A stretch of DNA of 64,000 nucleotides from the human T2T-CHM13v2.0 reference genome, Homo sapiens: assembly GCF_009914755.1 (NCBI RefSeq), contig NC_060933.1. One strand, written 5' to 3'. The notes beneath the pieces were generated by a model. It saw nothing but the letters and a program-made list of their open reading frames with translations, did no database searches and had not been told where the DNA came from. Positions within the stretch are counted from its first letter, which is position 1, and the number at the start of each line of letters is the position of its first letter. Shown piece after piece: positions 39,740 through 56,689 of the stretch. The position numbers and the translations under genes were made by a program.

Positions 39740-40085
39740 ATCCCCCGTTTTCTCATATGTAAACTCTGGATAATAATTGTTTCTAGCTCGCAGGACACTG
39801 TAAGCATTAATGAGATAATCCATATCAAGTGCTTAAAATAGTTCCCGGAACAGTGAAACATTCAATATGTATTAGCTATTATTATTCAGAACATTCAACT
39901 ACCCTCATGGTTTCAATATTGCTGATTAGATATGTTGATGATGCCCAAATTTATATATTTAATTGCTTCATTAACATTTCCACTTGGATATAGCTCAGCC
40001 ATCTCAAACTTAACATAACCACTCTTCTCTCATCTCAGTAAACAGCATTGTCATGTTTGCACTTGCTGAAACCAGAATCCCAACT
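39740..40085 (+). mobile_element. MIR 3' half followed by an L2 fragment
   Basis: TTAATGAGATAATCCATA...TTAGCTATTATTATT, then CATTTCCACTTGGATA...CATCTCAAACTTAACAT. Confidence 0.65.
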
Positions 40086-41315
40086 CCCCTTCTATGAGTT
40101 CATGGCCTTTCTCCCCCAACTAAGATGGAAGCTACTAGGTGGCAAAGACATTCTCTGTCATCTTCTCCTTTGGCGTTATGATCAGTGTGTCTCTGCACTG
40201 GCTGTAACTGAACCAGTGTATAGAATACAATGAGGCACTGAAATAAGGAACAATTGCACCAAATTAACACTGTAGTTGTAAAACTGTATTCTTTGAAGGT
40301 TCAATTTGTCTCTAACTCCTTGATCTTCTTCTGTTCCCGTTTTTTCCATGGGTTTTCTTTTTCTTGCTTCAATCCATCTTCAGTTATTTTCAGATAGAGC
40401 CTCATTCTCTCCTCCATTTGGATTTTGCTTCATTTCATTTTATTTCCATTTCCTCACGACATTGCTGGTGAGGACTCTACCTATTCTCCAATTGTCATGC
40501 CCTGACTGCTGTTTCCTGGGATCCTGGGCATCATAAGATATCCTTGGATTCTTCACAGCAGACTGTTAAATTTGGAAATGTAGACTCTTATTCAGATATT
40601 TGTGTTTTTTTCTTTCAGACTGCACTGTTAGGCCTTTAGGACTTGATGTTGTTTATTCTTAGAGACTTCCTGGGGCATCAAAAACAGCTTAAAATAATTA
40701 CTATGTGCGCACTGGCATATATGACATCCAATCGCCCTATGTTAAACTGAATTTCAATGAGTTTTCTGTAAATGAATCAGAAACATATGGATTTCATCCT
40801 CTCTATCTCCACTTTTTTAAAAGCAGGAACTCAGTATTTGGGTTTCATTGAATATAAAATATTTGAAACTGACTGAGATATGACAAATCAGGGAAGAGAG
40901 GTTTTCCTAATTTGACAGCCATCTTGTCTCTAATATTCTAGTTAGTAATGATGTGTTTGTTGATTTCTCGTCAACTTCACTTTCCTCTGCTTGCTTCTAA
41001 GTTTTCCTTCGTTATTCTAAATCCCTATTTATCCTTCTGCTTCATCCAGCCATCCTATAAATAATTATCTGTTGACCACTACTCTGCCTTGCCTGTGCTA
41101 CCTCCTTGGAGGGCTATATAACCAGAGATTTCCAACACATTGGGAAAGTGCCACAATAGAGGGGCATAAAACAAGCTTTGAGGAGAGGGTAACTTTTTGT
41201 CCATTTTGCATTTTCCTCCCTTTTGTTTGCCTTTCTTTTCACTCTCTTCACAAAGATGCTCTCTGTTTTACTTTATTTCCTTGCTCTGATCTTCGTTTCT
41301 AGTCTTTTTTCTCCT

Positions 41316-41686
41316 TGCTACCATGAATGTTTGTGTCCTCCCCCAACCCTGAAAATTCATATGTTGAAACCAAAATCCCAATGTGATGGTATTTGGAGGT
41401 GGAGTCTTTGGGGATGATTAGGTCATGAGGGTGGAACCCTGATGAATGAGATTATGACCTTATAAAACAGACCCCAGAGACCTCCCTTACTCCTTCCATT
41501 ATGGAGGTTTACAGGAAAAAGATGGCTGTTTATGAACCAGGAAGCAGGCCCTCACCAAATAACAAATCTGCCAGGGCCTAGATCTTGGACTTTCCAGCCT
41601 CTAGAAATATGAGAAATAAATTTCTGTCACTTAGAAGCCACCCCGTGTATGGTATTTTGTAATGGCTGCCCAAACATACCAAGACA
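41316..41686 (+). mobile_element. MLT1A-type solo LTR
   Basis: TG...CA termini, TSD CTCCT (41311-41315, 41687-41691), AATAAA. Confidence 0.9.
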
Positions 41687-41879
41687 CTCCTGCGTTTTCT
41701 ACAGCCACATTAGCTGCTTTCCAATTCCCCATTGTATCAATGTTTAGGTCCATCTGGCACTGCATGTGCATGAGCAGCTTAATGCTTTCCTCTACTTGAC
41801 TTTTATCCATTGTCCTGAATGGAATCCCCAGAGTCTGAGCCTGTTGCTGCTCTTAGTCTGTGTCAGTTTGATAGGGGTC

Positions 41880-42472
<593 letters not shown>

Positions 42473-43179
42473 CCCTCAGTTTAGAAGAGGCCTTGAGAGA
42501 GCAAAGCCACCTCCTAATAGGGTAAAGCTGTGTGAATGCATTGAAATCTCCAATTGCACTGCACAAAATATGTGGCCAAGACTAATACAACTCTAACATG
42601 GTGAGGAATTAGTATGAAGTGTTAAATTACATAAGTAAATAGATACCCAGTAGATACAACAGTCAGCCACTCTGATTAATGTTGCCTCCTCCACCTTCAT
42701 AATTGCATTAACTTAGTAATGATGCTCTCAATCATAAAAAACAAGTGATGACATAATCCTTTAAATAGTTTTCCTTTAACTACTTTGGTGAATTAGTGTC
42801 ATTCTGTTTACCTGCACCACATTTTGAAGCATTCTGCTAAAGACAATATAATTCTATCAGTAGTGAATATGACAAGCAAAAAAAGGAGATATTTGAGGGG
42901 CAGGAATGTATAGTTATGAGCATTCAGACAGGCTCGAGTGCTCATAAAGCTCCCTTCCATCCACCTACACATCCCCTTGCTGCGTCAAGACTTTTACCAT
43001 CCCAGAATGAACCAGTTAAATAAATAGCTACAGATCTAGTGCTCTCATGGGAGCACAAAAAAAGTCTTTACTTCTGCAAAATTTTTCATTAGGTAATTCA
43101 CAAAATTAAAATTTAGGCAAAATTGAAGAAAAATACATGATATAAGGGAGAAATTATGTTTTATTTTAAACATTTTATC

Positions 43180-43780
<601 letters not shown>

Positions 43781-44129
43781 CAGCTATGCTATGGTAGAAA
43801 TAGAAGATGTGTGGAGTATTTAAAAATTTAGAAATTGAAGTTTACCATACAAATTCTAATAAGAACCTAACATGTTCTAGAAGACATCTGCCTCAAAAAG
43901 ATCATATGTAAAATGGTAATAGTACCTATCACATGAGAAGTTGTGGGATTTAAATGAGCTTATATATTTAGCAAAGAGCCTGGCATTTGCTGATAGTATC
44001 CATTTTTCCCAAGAAACAAAAGGCAAATTGAGCACTGTGTGTGTGTACATGTATATATTCATGAATAAATTGGTGGATGGCTGTATAGAAGACTATTATA
44101 AATAAGAAAATCTATAAATGACTATATTT

Positions 44130-44251
44130 TTCAGATTCAAAGGGAGTGAAAAGAAACTCCCCTATTGAGGAGAGGAAATCAAAGTCACATTGTTAGACAA
44201 GGATGTGGGATGGGAGATATCATGACCATCTGCAAAATACAATCTACCACA
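44130..44251 (-). mobile_element. MLT1 LTR terminal fragment
   Basis: CAGATTCAAAGGGAG...AAAATACAATCTACCACA. Confidence 0.65.
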
Positions 44252-45554
44252 AAAGGTTCTATTTCTAATCCTGTGAATGACCAACAAATGTTTGGATTAA
44301 TAATCTGAAGTTCTTACAGTGTTGATCATCTTGAGTACACAGCTTTTCTTAATGAATTAATTACGTAATAAGCACTAGAATTTTAATTTAGCTCCTCAGT
44401 ATCAAAAAGTTTTCCTAACCTGTGTGAATTCCCTGTTGAATAACTCTCAGTGGAAATCAGATTCTTACCTTTCACTATTGCATCTGCTGGCAACCAAAGC
44501 AAGGGCATATGACCTGATCTCTGCCACTTCAACCCCCTTTTGGTCTCTGAAGCTTGATTGCATGGCATCAAGACCAATAGATAGGCAGATGTGGCCACAG
44601 GGCTGCAATCCAGCAATGTAACATGAGGGAAAGTGATATATGCATCTCCATCCTCTTGAATGACACTAATGAACAAACTCCTTTCACAAAATAAAAATTT
44701 AAAAAACCCCTCTCTTTACACCATTGCATTCTCTCAATCATTTTAAATTGTTTGGAGAGAGATATTTTCCTTAACTCTTCTTGGGTAATACTGGGAGAAA
44801 TTCTGTCTCCCTAAAGCATTAATTTTATTTCAAACCCAGAGTGGAAAGTACAGACATAATTTTTTAAATCCCAAGTAATTTTTTGTTCACTTGATTGAAC
44901 CCCAAGTGGGTATATGTGTGTGTGTGCATGTGCATTTGCATACATCACCTATATATTCACAAATATTGGGCCAGAAGATTCATATTCTCAGTGAAATTCT
45001 CTCTGAACTACTCATGCTATCCCTATAACTATCACTTTTTTTAAAAAAGCTAAATTTGAGCGTGTGATGCTCATTATGTTATTAAATAATTCTTTCTAAA
45101 TATTAGTAACCCATTCCCTAATCTTTTGATGTACCTGGCCAAGTATTTTGTTTTACTGATGTAAACTACGCACTTCTGACCTATCAATAAAGGAGCTTGT
45201 GTCTTCAACTCCTTTCTCCTGTAGTAGGGGTAGATTTATCATATTTACCTAGTCCTTCCTAACCAGACACCAGTTATTTGTGAGATGGCTGGTCAGAGTT
45301 GGAGCTGTGGCTAAAAAATGGAGAGAAAACTCCACTTGCTTACATGGAGATAAATAGAAACAAAATGTTCACATTTGTCCCATCAGCCTCATGAGCTATG
45401 GGATATTTGAAACCTATCAAGCCGTTGGATGGAGTACTTGTTCTCACCAAATACATTCATTCTTAATAATGAAAATTTACATATGTGCAATCTATTATTA
45501 CTATTCAAGATGCAGAGGTTCCTCTTCTACTTGTAAGTAATAGTAATCCATTTC

Positions 45555-45735
45555 ATTTGTTTAGTACATTACACTTTTCAAAGCACATTCTAGTAACTTA
45601 AAACTGTGTGAGGTAGATATTATCTTCATTTTACAGGTGAGAAAACTGAGGCTCATAGAGAATATTTGACTTTTACAAGGTCAAGTTGTAAGTATCAGAA
45701 CCATGATATGAAACTACATCATCTGACTGCAGTTC
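45555..45735 (-). mobile_element. MIR
   Basis: ATTTTACAGGTGAGAAAACTGAGGCTCA core. Confidence 0.8.
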
Positions 45736-46306
45736 AGTAGGCTATCAAAACTATTCCCATGTTATTTTCCATTGGATTTTGTGGTCATCCTTCAGAAGCC
45801 CTTTCTTTGGTAAACAAACAAACAAACAAACAAAAAACTTTAAAATAAAGCCTAACAAAGGAGTGTCAACATTTAACATTGAACTCACTGGTCAGAAACT
45901 TCCTGGCTCACAACTAGAGATTTCTAAATGATGGAAAGAGGGCAGTTAACATGTTGTGATGTTCTTTCTTTCAGCCATAACTTTTCTTGTAGGTTTATAG
46001 TTATGGTTTGGCTGTGGAGTACAAAAACATAAAACTTAATTGAATAGAAGTCAGATCAAGGTCTTTCAAGCTAGACATAATGTAAGTCACACAAATAAAG
46101 ATGAACCAACAAATTTTTAAAAATTCATTACAAAGACCCCAGTGGAAAACATAACCCTAATTTATAAAATCTCCCTACTGTGAAGCATATTTTGTGTGAC
46201 ACACAGAGGAATAAACCCATAACTATTACTATTGGGAATGAAAACTATATCATAAAACTTATATCTGGAGGCTCAAAGTATGCTTCTGATACAAACCCAT
46301 GCCCTT

Positions 46307-46308
<2 letters not shown>

Positions 46309-46338
<30 letters not shown>
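46309..46338. repeat. (CA)n microsatellite
   Basis: Seen directly. Confidence 0.95.
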
Positions 46339-46340
<2 letters not shown>

Positions 46341-46449
46341 TATTTGGGAAAGACTCAGATTTTTTCTACAGTGGAGCATAAGTAACAATGACTCCCCCAT
46401 GTAAAACCTCTTGCCAAGACGCATTAAATACAACAAATATATCAAATAC

Positions 46450-46590
46450 AGGCTGCATGTAGAGACTCACGTCTGTAATCTTAGCACTTTGGAAGATCAC
46501 TTGACCCAGGAGTTCAAGGCTGCAGTGAACTACGATTGAGTCACTATACTCTCTTCTGGGCAACAGGGTGAAACCCTGTCTCTAACAAAA
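46450..46590 (+). mobile_element. Monomeric Alu (FAM/FRAM-like, or an internally deleted Alu)
   Basis: CTGTAATCTTAGCACTTTGG...GGCTGCAGTGAACTACGATTG...AAACCCTGTCTCT, ~140 bp. Confidence 0.75.
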
Positions 46591-46867
46591 CACATACACA
46601 TGCATACATGCATACGTATGTGTGTACAGTTTTCCACCCTGATTTCCATTGTCTTGTAAGTTGAGTCCCCCTTTTATTCCGATAGAATAACATCCATCAT
46701 TCAGTTTTGGAATGCTTCAAAATGCTACTTTGATACTGTGTTTTGCCCCCATGCTGTTGTAGTTGCACACTCTTCTCCCTATTTCTGAGTTAATCCTGTC
46801 CTACTGTGCAGTTAGTGAGTGCATTGACTGTAGATAAGTATTTAAGGCAAGACTATATAGTTAATAT

Positions 46868-47060
46868 GAGAGGCTGAATAATGGCATCCTAAAGATGTCC
46901 ACTTCCTAATCCCTGGAATTTGTAAATATCTTCCCTTAAAAGGTAAAAAGGGACTTTACAGATGTGATTAAGAATTCCAAGATGAGAAGATTATCCTGGA
47001 TTATCCAGCTTGGCGAGTGTATTCACAAGGGTCCTCATAAGAGGGAAACAAGAGAACATT
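46868..47060 (+). mobile_element. MLT1C/D LTR 5' fragment
   Basis: AAAGATGTCCACTTCCTAATCCCTGGAA...GGGACTTTACAGATGTGATTAAG...GATTATCCTGGATTATCC. Confidence 0.8.
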
Positions 47061-49105
47061 TAGAGAGAAGATCAGCAAGGATAGAGATAACTTGAATAAC
47101 AGTATAAACCAGCTAGACTTAACAGACATACATAGAAAACTCCATTTAACAACAGCAGAATGTACATTCTTCTCATGTCTACATGGAATATTTTCCAGGA
47201 TGGACCATATACTAAACCATAAAACAAGTCTCCATAAATTTTAAAAGATTGAAATCTTACAAAATATCTTTTCCAACCATAATGGAATAAAACAATTAGA
47301 AATCAATAACATAAGGAAAACTGGAAAATCCACAAATATGTAGAAATTAAACAACATACTCTTTAAACTGGGCAGAAAATAAATCACAAGGCAATTAGAA
47401 AATACTTTGAGATGAATGAAAATGAAAACATAGCATACCAAAACTTAGGAGATGCAGTAAACACAGTGCTCAGAGTTAAATTTATAACAAGCTGTAAATG
47501 CCTATATTAAAAAGAAGAAAGATCTCTCGCAAATTGAGAACCCTATTTTACACCTTAAAGAACTAGAAGAAGTTCAAACTAAAACCAAAGCTAGCAGAGG
47601 GAAGGAAAGAATGAAAATTAGAGCAGAGATAAGTGAAATGGAGACGAGAAAAACAATAGAGAAAATCAACGAAACCAAAAGTTGGTTGTTTGAAAAGATT
47701 AACAAGTTTGCCACACGATTAGGTAAGTTCAAGAAGAAAAAAGGGAGAGAAGATGCAAATCACTAAAAGCAGAAATAAAGATGGAGACATGATTACTGAC
47801 CTTACAGAAATAAAAAGGACTATAAGAGAACACTATGAACAACTGTAAATGAACAAGTTGGATAACCTAGATGAAATGGACAAATTCCTGAAAACATACA
47901 AATAATTAAAATTTGCTCTTGAAGAAATACAAAATCAGAACACTTATGACAAGTACAGAAACTGAATTAGTAATAAAAAAAAATCCACTTAACAAAAAAG
48001 AGCTCAGGACCAGATGGCTTTGCTGGTGAATTTTACCAAACATTTAAAGAAGAAAAACATCAATCCTTTTCAAACTCTCCCAAAAAATAGAAGAGAACGG
48101 AACATTTTCTAACCCATTCCAAAAAGCCAGCTTTATTCCTCATACCAAAGTCAGACAGAGATATCACAGGAAAACTATAGTTCAATATTCCTCATAAACA
48201 TAGATGCAAAAATCCTTAAAATATTAGCAAACCAAATTCAGAAACATATAAAAAGGATTATTATTAACACCAAGTGGGATTTGCCCTAGGAATGTAAGAT
48301 TGTCTTAATATATGAAAGTCAATTACTTTTATACACCGTTGTAAAGTAGTAAAAGACAAAACCCAAATGGCCATCTAGTAGAGGCAGAAAAAACATTCAA
48401 CAAAACCCAACACTGATTCATGATGAAAATCTCTCAACAAACCAGGAATAGAAGGGAACTTTTCCAACTTGTTAAAGGGTGTCCATGAAAAATTTTTGGC
48501 TAACATACTTAATTGTGAAAGAAAACTGTGCGCCTAAGAAATTAAATACAACCATATTAGAAAGAAAGAAGTAAAACTATATTTGCAGGTGATATGTAGA
48601 AATTCTTAGGGAACACACACACACAATGTGGAGCTACTATAACGATTTTAGTAAGGTCACAAGTTGCAAGATCAATATGCAAAACTTAATTGTATTTCTA
48701 TAAACTTATAGCAAATAACCAGAAAGTAAATTAAAAAAAATAATTTCATTTACAAAAATGAAACAGAGTAAGATACTTAACTGTAAATGTAACAAAAGAA
48801 ACTCAGGATTTGTATACTGAAAACTACAAGGCGTTGCTGAAAGTAATTTAAAAATACATCCATAAATGGAAAGACATTCCATGTTTATGGATTATAAAAT
48901 TCAAGGATTATAAAAATTGACAAGATAATTTTAATATTTAAATGGCAATGCAAAAGACCTAAAATAAAGCAATTTTGAAGAAAAACAAAGTATACTTACT
49001 ATAAAGCTACAGTATCAAGACAGTGTGGTATTCATATAAAGATAGACCTATATGGATCAGTGGAACAGAAGTCTAGAAATATGTCTTATGTTTATGGTCA
49101 ACTGA

Positions 49106-49403
49106 TTTTTTTTTTTTTTGAGACAGAGTCTCACTCTGTTGCCCAGGCTGGAAGGCAGTGGTGCATGATCTTGGCTCACCACAACCTCCGCCTCCTTGGT
49201 TCAAGTGATTGTCCTGCCTCAGCCTCCCAAGTAGCTGGAATTACAGGCATGTGCCACCATGCCCAGCTAATTTTTGTATTTTTAGTAGAGATGGGGTTTC
49301 ACCATTTTGGCCAGGCTGGTCTTGAGCTCCTGACCTCAAATGATCCACCTGCCTCAGCCTCCCAAAGTGCTAGGATTACAGGCATGACCCACTGCACTCA
49401 GCC
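49106..49403 (-). mobile_element. AluS
   Basis: Full-length Alu; TSD GTCAA(C/T)TGATTTTT. Confidence 0.93.
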
Positions 49404-49770
49404 AGTCAATTGATTTTTAACAAAAGTGCCAAGACAATTCAATGAGGAAAGGATAGTCTTTTCAATAGATGGTTGTGCTAGCACCACATACAAACTTTAA
49501 TTCAAAATGGATCATCAATATCAATGCAAGAATTAAAAGTATAAAACATTTGGAAGAAAATACAGGAGAAGATTTGTACGGCCTTTGGTTAGTCAAGGAG
49601 TTCTTAGGTTAAAACCAAAGCACAAGCCATTAAAAAAAAAATACCTGGTAAACGGGACTTTACAAAAATTAAGAGTGCTTCAGAAGACACCATTAAGGAA
49701 ATGAAAGGGCAACCCACGGAGTGGATGAAAATATTTGCAAATCATATATCTGATAAAAGCCTTGTATCTA

Positions 49771-50067
49771 GCCTGAGCATGCTGGCTCACACCTGTAATC
49801 CCAGTGCTTTGGGAGGCTAAGGCAGGAGGATTGCTTGAGGCCAGGAGTTCAACACCAGCCTGGGAAACACAGCATCTCTCCAAAAAGAAAAAGAAAATAC
49901 CCAGGCGTGGTGGCACATGCCTGTAGTCTTAGCTAATATGGGAGCTGAAGTGGGAGGATCACTTGAGCCCAAAAGTCCAAGGTAGCAGTGAGCTATGATT
50001 GTGCCACTGCACCTTAGCCTGCGTGACAGAGAAAGACCTTCTCTCGAAACAATAAATAAAAATAAAA
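49771..50067 (+). mobile_element. AluJ
   Basis: GGATTGCTTGAGGCCAGGAGTTC; TSD TAAAAG(C/A)CTTGTATCTA, with the 3' copy split by the L1PA. Confidence 0.92.
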
Positions 50068-50072
50068 GACTT

Positions 50073-51466
<1,394 letters not shown>

Positions 51467-53329
51467 AAATAAAAATAAAAGACTTGTATCTAGAATATAA
51501 AAATAACTCATAAAGCTCAATAGTAGAAACACAACCCAATTAGAAAATGAGCAAAATAACATGTGAATGGCTAACAAGCACATTTAAAAGTGCTTGACAT
51601 CATTAGTTATTAAGGAAACTAAAACTACAGGGAGTTACCAATGCATATCAACTAAAATGGTATGTGAAAAAATGGTATCCTTATCAATTACTTGTGGAAA
51701 TGTAAAATGGTACATCCACTACCCAAAACAGCTTAGCAGTTTCTTAAAAAGTTACACGTAAACTTACCAAATAACCCAGCCATTCTACTCTTAAGAATCT
51801 ACCTGAGAAATAAAAACATATGCACAAAGATTTGAACATAAGTATTCATAGCAGCATTACCATAATAGCCCCAAACTAGAAATAACCCAAGTGTCTAACA
51901 ATCTGATAAATGAATAAATGTGGTATATCCATATAGTGGAATATTTGTCAGCAATTGAAAGGAATGCAAACACTGATACATGTTAAAATATGGATGGACC
52001 TCAAAAATATGGTAAACGAAAAAAAAGTGAGATCCACAAGGATACATACTGTATGATTCCATTTATAGGAAATGCACAAAAATGCATATTTATAAAGACA
52101 GAGAGTAGATCAATGGTTGCTGGGGCTGGGAGTGTGTGAGTGGGTATTCATTGCAAACAGATTTGTGAGGAACTCAGGGAAAAGTTCTAAAATGGAAATG
52201 TTCTAAAATCAGATTGTGCTTGGGGTTTGCACATCTTTATAAATTTACTTAAAATTATTGAATTATAATTTACGGTAAATAAATTATTGCCCAATAAAGC
52301 TGTACATTTTTTGTTTAAATTTTTAAGGGAAAAAAAAGCCAAGAAAAAAATTTAGATGAGGTTGTTATTTACACAGGCTACTGTGCTTACTTTTATTGTA
52401 GCACTTAATTATGCTCTTCAAATCAGTTATTTCTCTGACTTTCCCATTGGAAATGTAAACAGGATCACAACTGATGGATTTGATAATTGTCCTTTACTGC
52501 ATTAGGTATTTAGATGGGGGCTACCTTTCTTGGCCAACTGACATCTCAAGCACCCACCGCTGAAGCTGAAAGCAGAAATCAGGAAGAGCCAGGAGATTAA
52601 AGAGAATAAAAGGCATACAATATGCATATGAATCCATGAAGACATGTTTCATGGAACTGTTCAATGCATCCAAAGAGCCCAGTGTGAGAATCCCACTGGA
52701 ATGACAGTTGATGTGCCTGCCAGTCACCCTGGGGCAGGGAAGTGATACCAGCCTAGAGGAGAAGAGGAGGGACAGGCAGGTGAAAGTGAGTAGTGAGAAC
52801 AAAATGTGAGCAAACAACCTTCATTACTGGCAATCTGTGTGATTCCAGAACTGGTATCCAACCGATGAGCTGCTGGAGACATGTGTTTGTATTCTCAAAC
52901 CCCAAACATTTGTTTCATGGTCCTAAAACAACGAATCCTACAGCTCACTATCACATTTCATAGCTCTGGGGAAAACCAGAAAAGGACAGATTGGGCAGGG
53001 GTTCAAAGAGGAAATGTCTTCTGCCAAACCGAGTGGCCCCACTTCCTCTCTGCGTAAGAGTGGGGTCTGAGATAGACCCTGCTTCCAGCAGTCTCCCAGA
53101 CAAGACAAAGGGTCTCACTTGTGAATCAAAGTTCACTGCAACAGCACAACAGGCTGGGACAGGTTCCCATCTCATCCAGACTTTCCCCATAAAAGGCAGA
53201 GGACAGAGTAAAAATGCCAGTCCCAATATCCTGTAAATGCCTGTGGATTTTGATGTGGACTGGACAGAGGAATGGAGAGAGAAAGGGGAGGTGACCCTCA
53301 CAGGAAGCTAACGTTTCTCAAGGGCCCAC

Positions 53330-53600
53330 ATGACAAGCACTATTAGGTACTTTTATTTAATACTTCCAGCAACACTGTGACATGGGCATTGTTATAACCT
53401 ACATTGTTATACCTACAAGAAACTGGGGTTCAAAAATCTTTTTTGCCTGTAAAATAGCTAATATTATACATTATACCTATATACAGGTAAGAATCTAAGG
53501 CTTAAAATCTTAAGTGACCAGTGTTACACATTTGGTAAGTAGCAGATATGGGATTTAAATTCAGGTCCATATGAACCCTGAACCCCTGTTCCTTTTTATT
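53330..53600 (-). mobile_element. MIR fragments
   Basis: AAGAAACTGGGGTTCA and GGTAAGTAGCAGATATGGGATTTAAATTCAGG. Confidence 0.55.
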
Positions 53601-55234
53601 ACATATGCCACACTGTCCAATCATGTTTAGATAGTTTAAAAACATGTTCAGCCTTTTAGCTTAGGCTTTCTGATTTCTTGTTTCTGGATGATAATAAGCC
53701 AGCCAAAAGTCCTCCCGGGAATTCTTTTCTCCCCAAGGGCTGGAAGGATAAAAACACACCACTGTGCCCTTGAAGCTTCACTAACAATCACAACTATAAA
53801 GGCTGGAGTCAATGCTGAGAGGATATTATTAACAAATGGCTTTAGAAAACCTTCAGAGGGTTTGCAGCCACCCACATCATTTGTAAGATCTTAGGGAAGA
53901 AACCTGATCCAGTAAATGACTGGGAATAAAACAAACCCTAGTATCAGAAATATAAAGGGAGGAGGATCATTGCCTTTAGACAATTTGCTTTATTGTGAAC
54001 AATAAAAATGTTCCAGTTGATTCAACAAAAAATAATAAAAAACAAGGCTATTTTTAAAAAGGCATTTATAGCACTGCGGTTTCATTTCCTTTGCCTTTAG
54101 ATCTTCAGGCTCTCATTCTGAGCAGCAGATGCTGTCATATAAGGAAGACCACCTGCTTTCCAGGGCATCTCTGCAACAAATAGCTTTGAGGGAGAGAGAA
54201 GAAAGATCACAGGATGAAAAGGAAAGAATTAGAAAGGGGGGAAACGGGAAATTAAGAAGTTGGCTTAATGCACATCTTCTGAATTATTCAACTGCTAAAA
54301 AGCCGACAGATTTCTTTTGACACTTGACTGTCTCACTCTGTGTCTATATCCATATTCCACTTTTTAAGGACCTACTTTAAGAGAATTCTGTCCATCTGCA
54401 CAGCCCAGCTTTATGACATATTTATCTTTCTTTGCACAATGGAAGCATAAAAAATTTATGGAACATGGGTATTAATTAAATGGTATTTTAGTTCAGGGAA
54501 GTTGCCCAGCTTAAAAAGGGCTACTAGGAGTGAATCCTTTGTAAAGAAATATAGTTTTGGAAATAAAAATAGCCCACACTCACTCACTACCTCCCCTCAG
54601 CAAAATGACTTAAGCACTGTTTCTGAGTCCCCAGATTTCTAAAAGCTTGTTAAACTCTTATTAAAAGCAACAGGTAATGACTTGTTTCTGTTGAATTGAC
54701 CTCAAAGGCTAATTGTTTGGAGTGATCTAGGTCCCCACATGCAAGGAAAAGAAGACATTAAGGAAATCATTCACATAATTCCAACCCATTTAACACACTC
54801 ACCTGAAACATATCAATAATAAAAGTGATAACAGGAAAATGTTTACAGTTTTGAAGTCTCAGGAAACAATTTGTTCTAGATGGTATTTTTTATATATCAA
54901 AGGTTTCTTTTTATTAAACAGATGTTATTTTAGATTTTAACAGGTTTTAAAATCTTTGTCAAATATATTATTCATTTCTTTGCCTTCTTAAACAGTGTTT
55001 ACTTAGTTATAATGCATTCCATTAAACTTCCAAAAAAGGGTTTCAGAGAACTATTACATGATATTTTAAACATAATTTGAACTCTTCATGATGTCCCAGG
55101 ATGCTTGCATCAAACACTAGTGACAGGATGGGGCTAAAATAAAGTAAGGCCCTTAGGACGATAAGAAGACTTGGTCTTCATATTCTGTGGTGACCATATC
55201 CTCCTGTGTTATTTTAATTCTATGTCTGATTTTT

Positions 55235-56211
55235 AAATTTTTTTCAACTTTTATTTTAGATACAGGGTGTACATGTGCAGGTTTCTTACATGGGTATGCT
55301 CCCAGGTAAGGAGCACAGTACCCAATAGGTAGGTTTTCTACTCACACTCTCTCTCCTTCTCCCATCTAGTAGTCCACAGTATCTATTGTTCCCATGTTTG
55401 TGTCCAGGTGTACTCAATGTTTAGCTCCCACTTGTAAGTGAGAACATGCAGTATTTTGTTTTCTGTTCCTGCATTAATTCGGTCAGGTTTATGGCCTCCA
55501 GCTTTATCCATGTTGCTGCAAAGGACATCATTACATTCCTTTTTATGGCTGCGTAGAACTCCACAGTGTATATGTACCACATTTTCTTTATCCAATCCAC
55601 CACTGATGGGCACCTAGGTTGATTCCATGTCTTTGCTATTGTGAATAGTGTGGCAATGAATATATCAGCATATGTGTCTGTTTGGTGTAACTATCTATTT
55701 TCCTTTGGGTATATACCCAGTAATGGGATTTCTGGGTCAAATGGTGGCTCTAAATTCTTTGAGAAATTTTCAAACTGCTTTCCACAGTGGCTGAACTAAT
55801 TTACATTCCCACCAACAGTGCATAAGCATTCCTTTTTCTCTGCAACCTCACCAACATCTGTTATTTTTTGACTCTTTTTTTTTTTTTTTTTTTTTTTGGA
55901 GACGGAGTCTCGCTCTGTCACCCAGGCTGGAGTGCAGTGGTGCAATCTTGGCTCACTGCAGCCTCCGCCTCCTGGGTTCAAGCAATTATCTGCCTCCATC
56001 TCCTGAGTAGCTGGGATTACAGGCGCCCAACACCACGCCTGGATAATTTTCTGTATTTTTAGTAGAGACGGGGTTTCACCATCTTGGCCAGGCTGGTTGT
56101 GAACTCCTGACCTCGTAATCCACCTGCCTTGGCCTCCCAAAGTGCCGGAATTACAGGTGTGAGCCACCGCACCTAGCCTTCTTGACTTTTTAATAATAGC
56201 CATTCTGACTA
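55235..56211 (-). mobile_element. L1PA15/16-to-L1PB-type 3' fragment interrupted by an Alu
   Basis: Remnant VDWIKKMWYIYTVEFYAAIK and L1 3' UTR; ends at AATAGCCATTCTGACT. Confidence 0.9.
55875..56178 (-). mobile_element. AluS (Sg-like)
   Basis: Full-length Alu with a T tail; TSD approximately TTGACT. Confidence 0.93.
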
Positions 56212-56235
56212 CAATTTTCACCCAATTATTGTACC

Positions 56236-56361
56236 TCTTTGAACCTCTTGGCTCTAAATCTGCCTTGTTGGGTTCACAGATCCTAACATATTATGATTGT
56301 TACCCAATCCTAATCAAGCCTCCACACTGAAAACCCCGCCTTAAACAAAACTCTAAAACTC
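56236..56361 (+). repeat. 126-bp direct copy of 57983-58108 (MER67-like LTR segment)
   Basis: Ungapped alignment by eye, 11 mismatches in 126. Confidence 0.92.
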
Positions 56362-56689
56362 TTGCCTCCTGAACAACTGGTAACATTCAAGCTAAGTCTC
56401 TCAATAAATGTTTTGGGGATGCTTATATTGCCATAAATTGGAAATAAAGTGATTCAGTGGTATTCCCTGGGAGTTGCTCTTGCTTGGGGGTGCTGGATGA
56501 TGTCTCCGTGGAAGTGTCATGACCCTAAAATATAGGGGATTTGTTTCAACTGTCTGCCCAAATTAGGGCTGAAAGGAGGTAGCAATGGCCATGCTCTTTC
56601 TCATACTAATATGGACAAGTTTTGAAAATGAACTGATCCTGCTGTCAGCCTGTTCATCTTCTCATGGCCCTACTCATTTTTCTGGTTTC

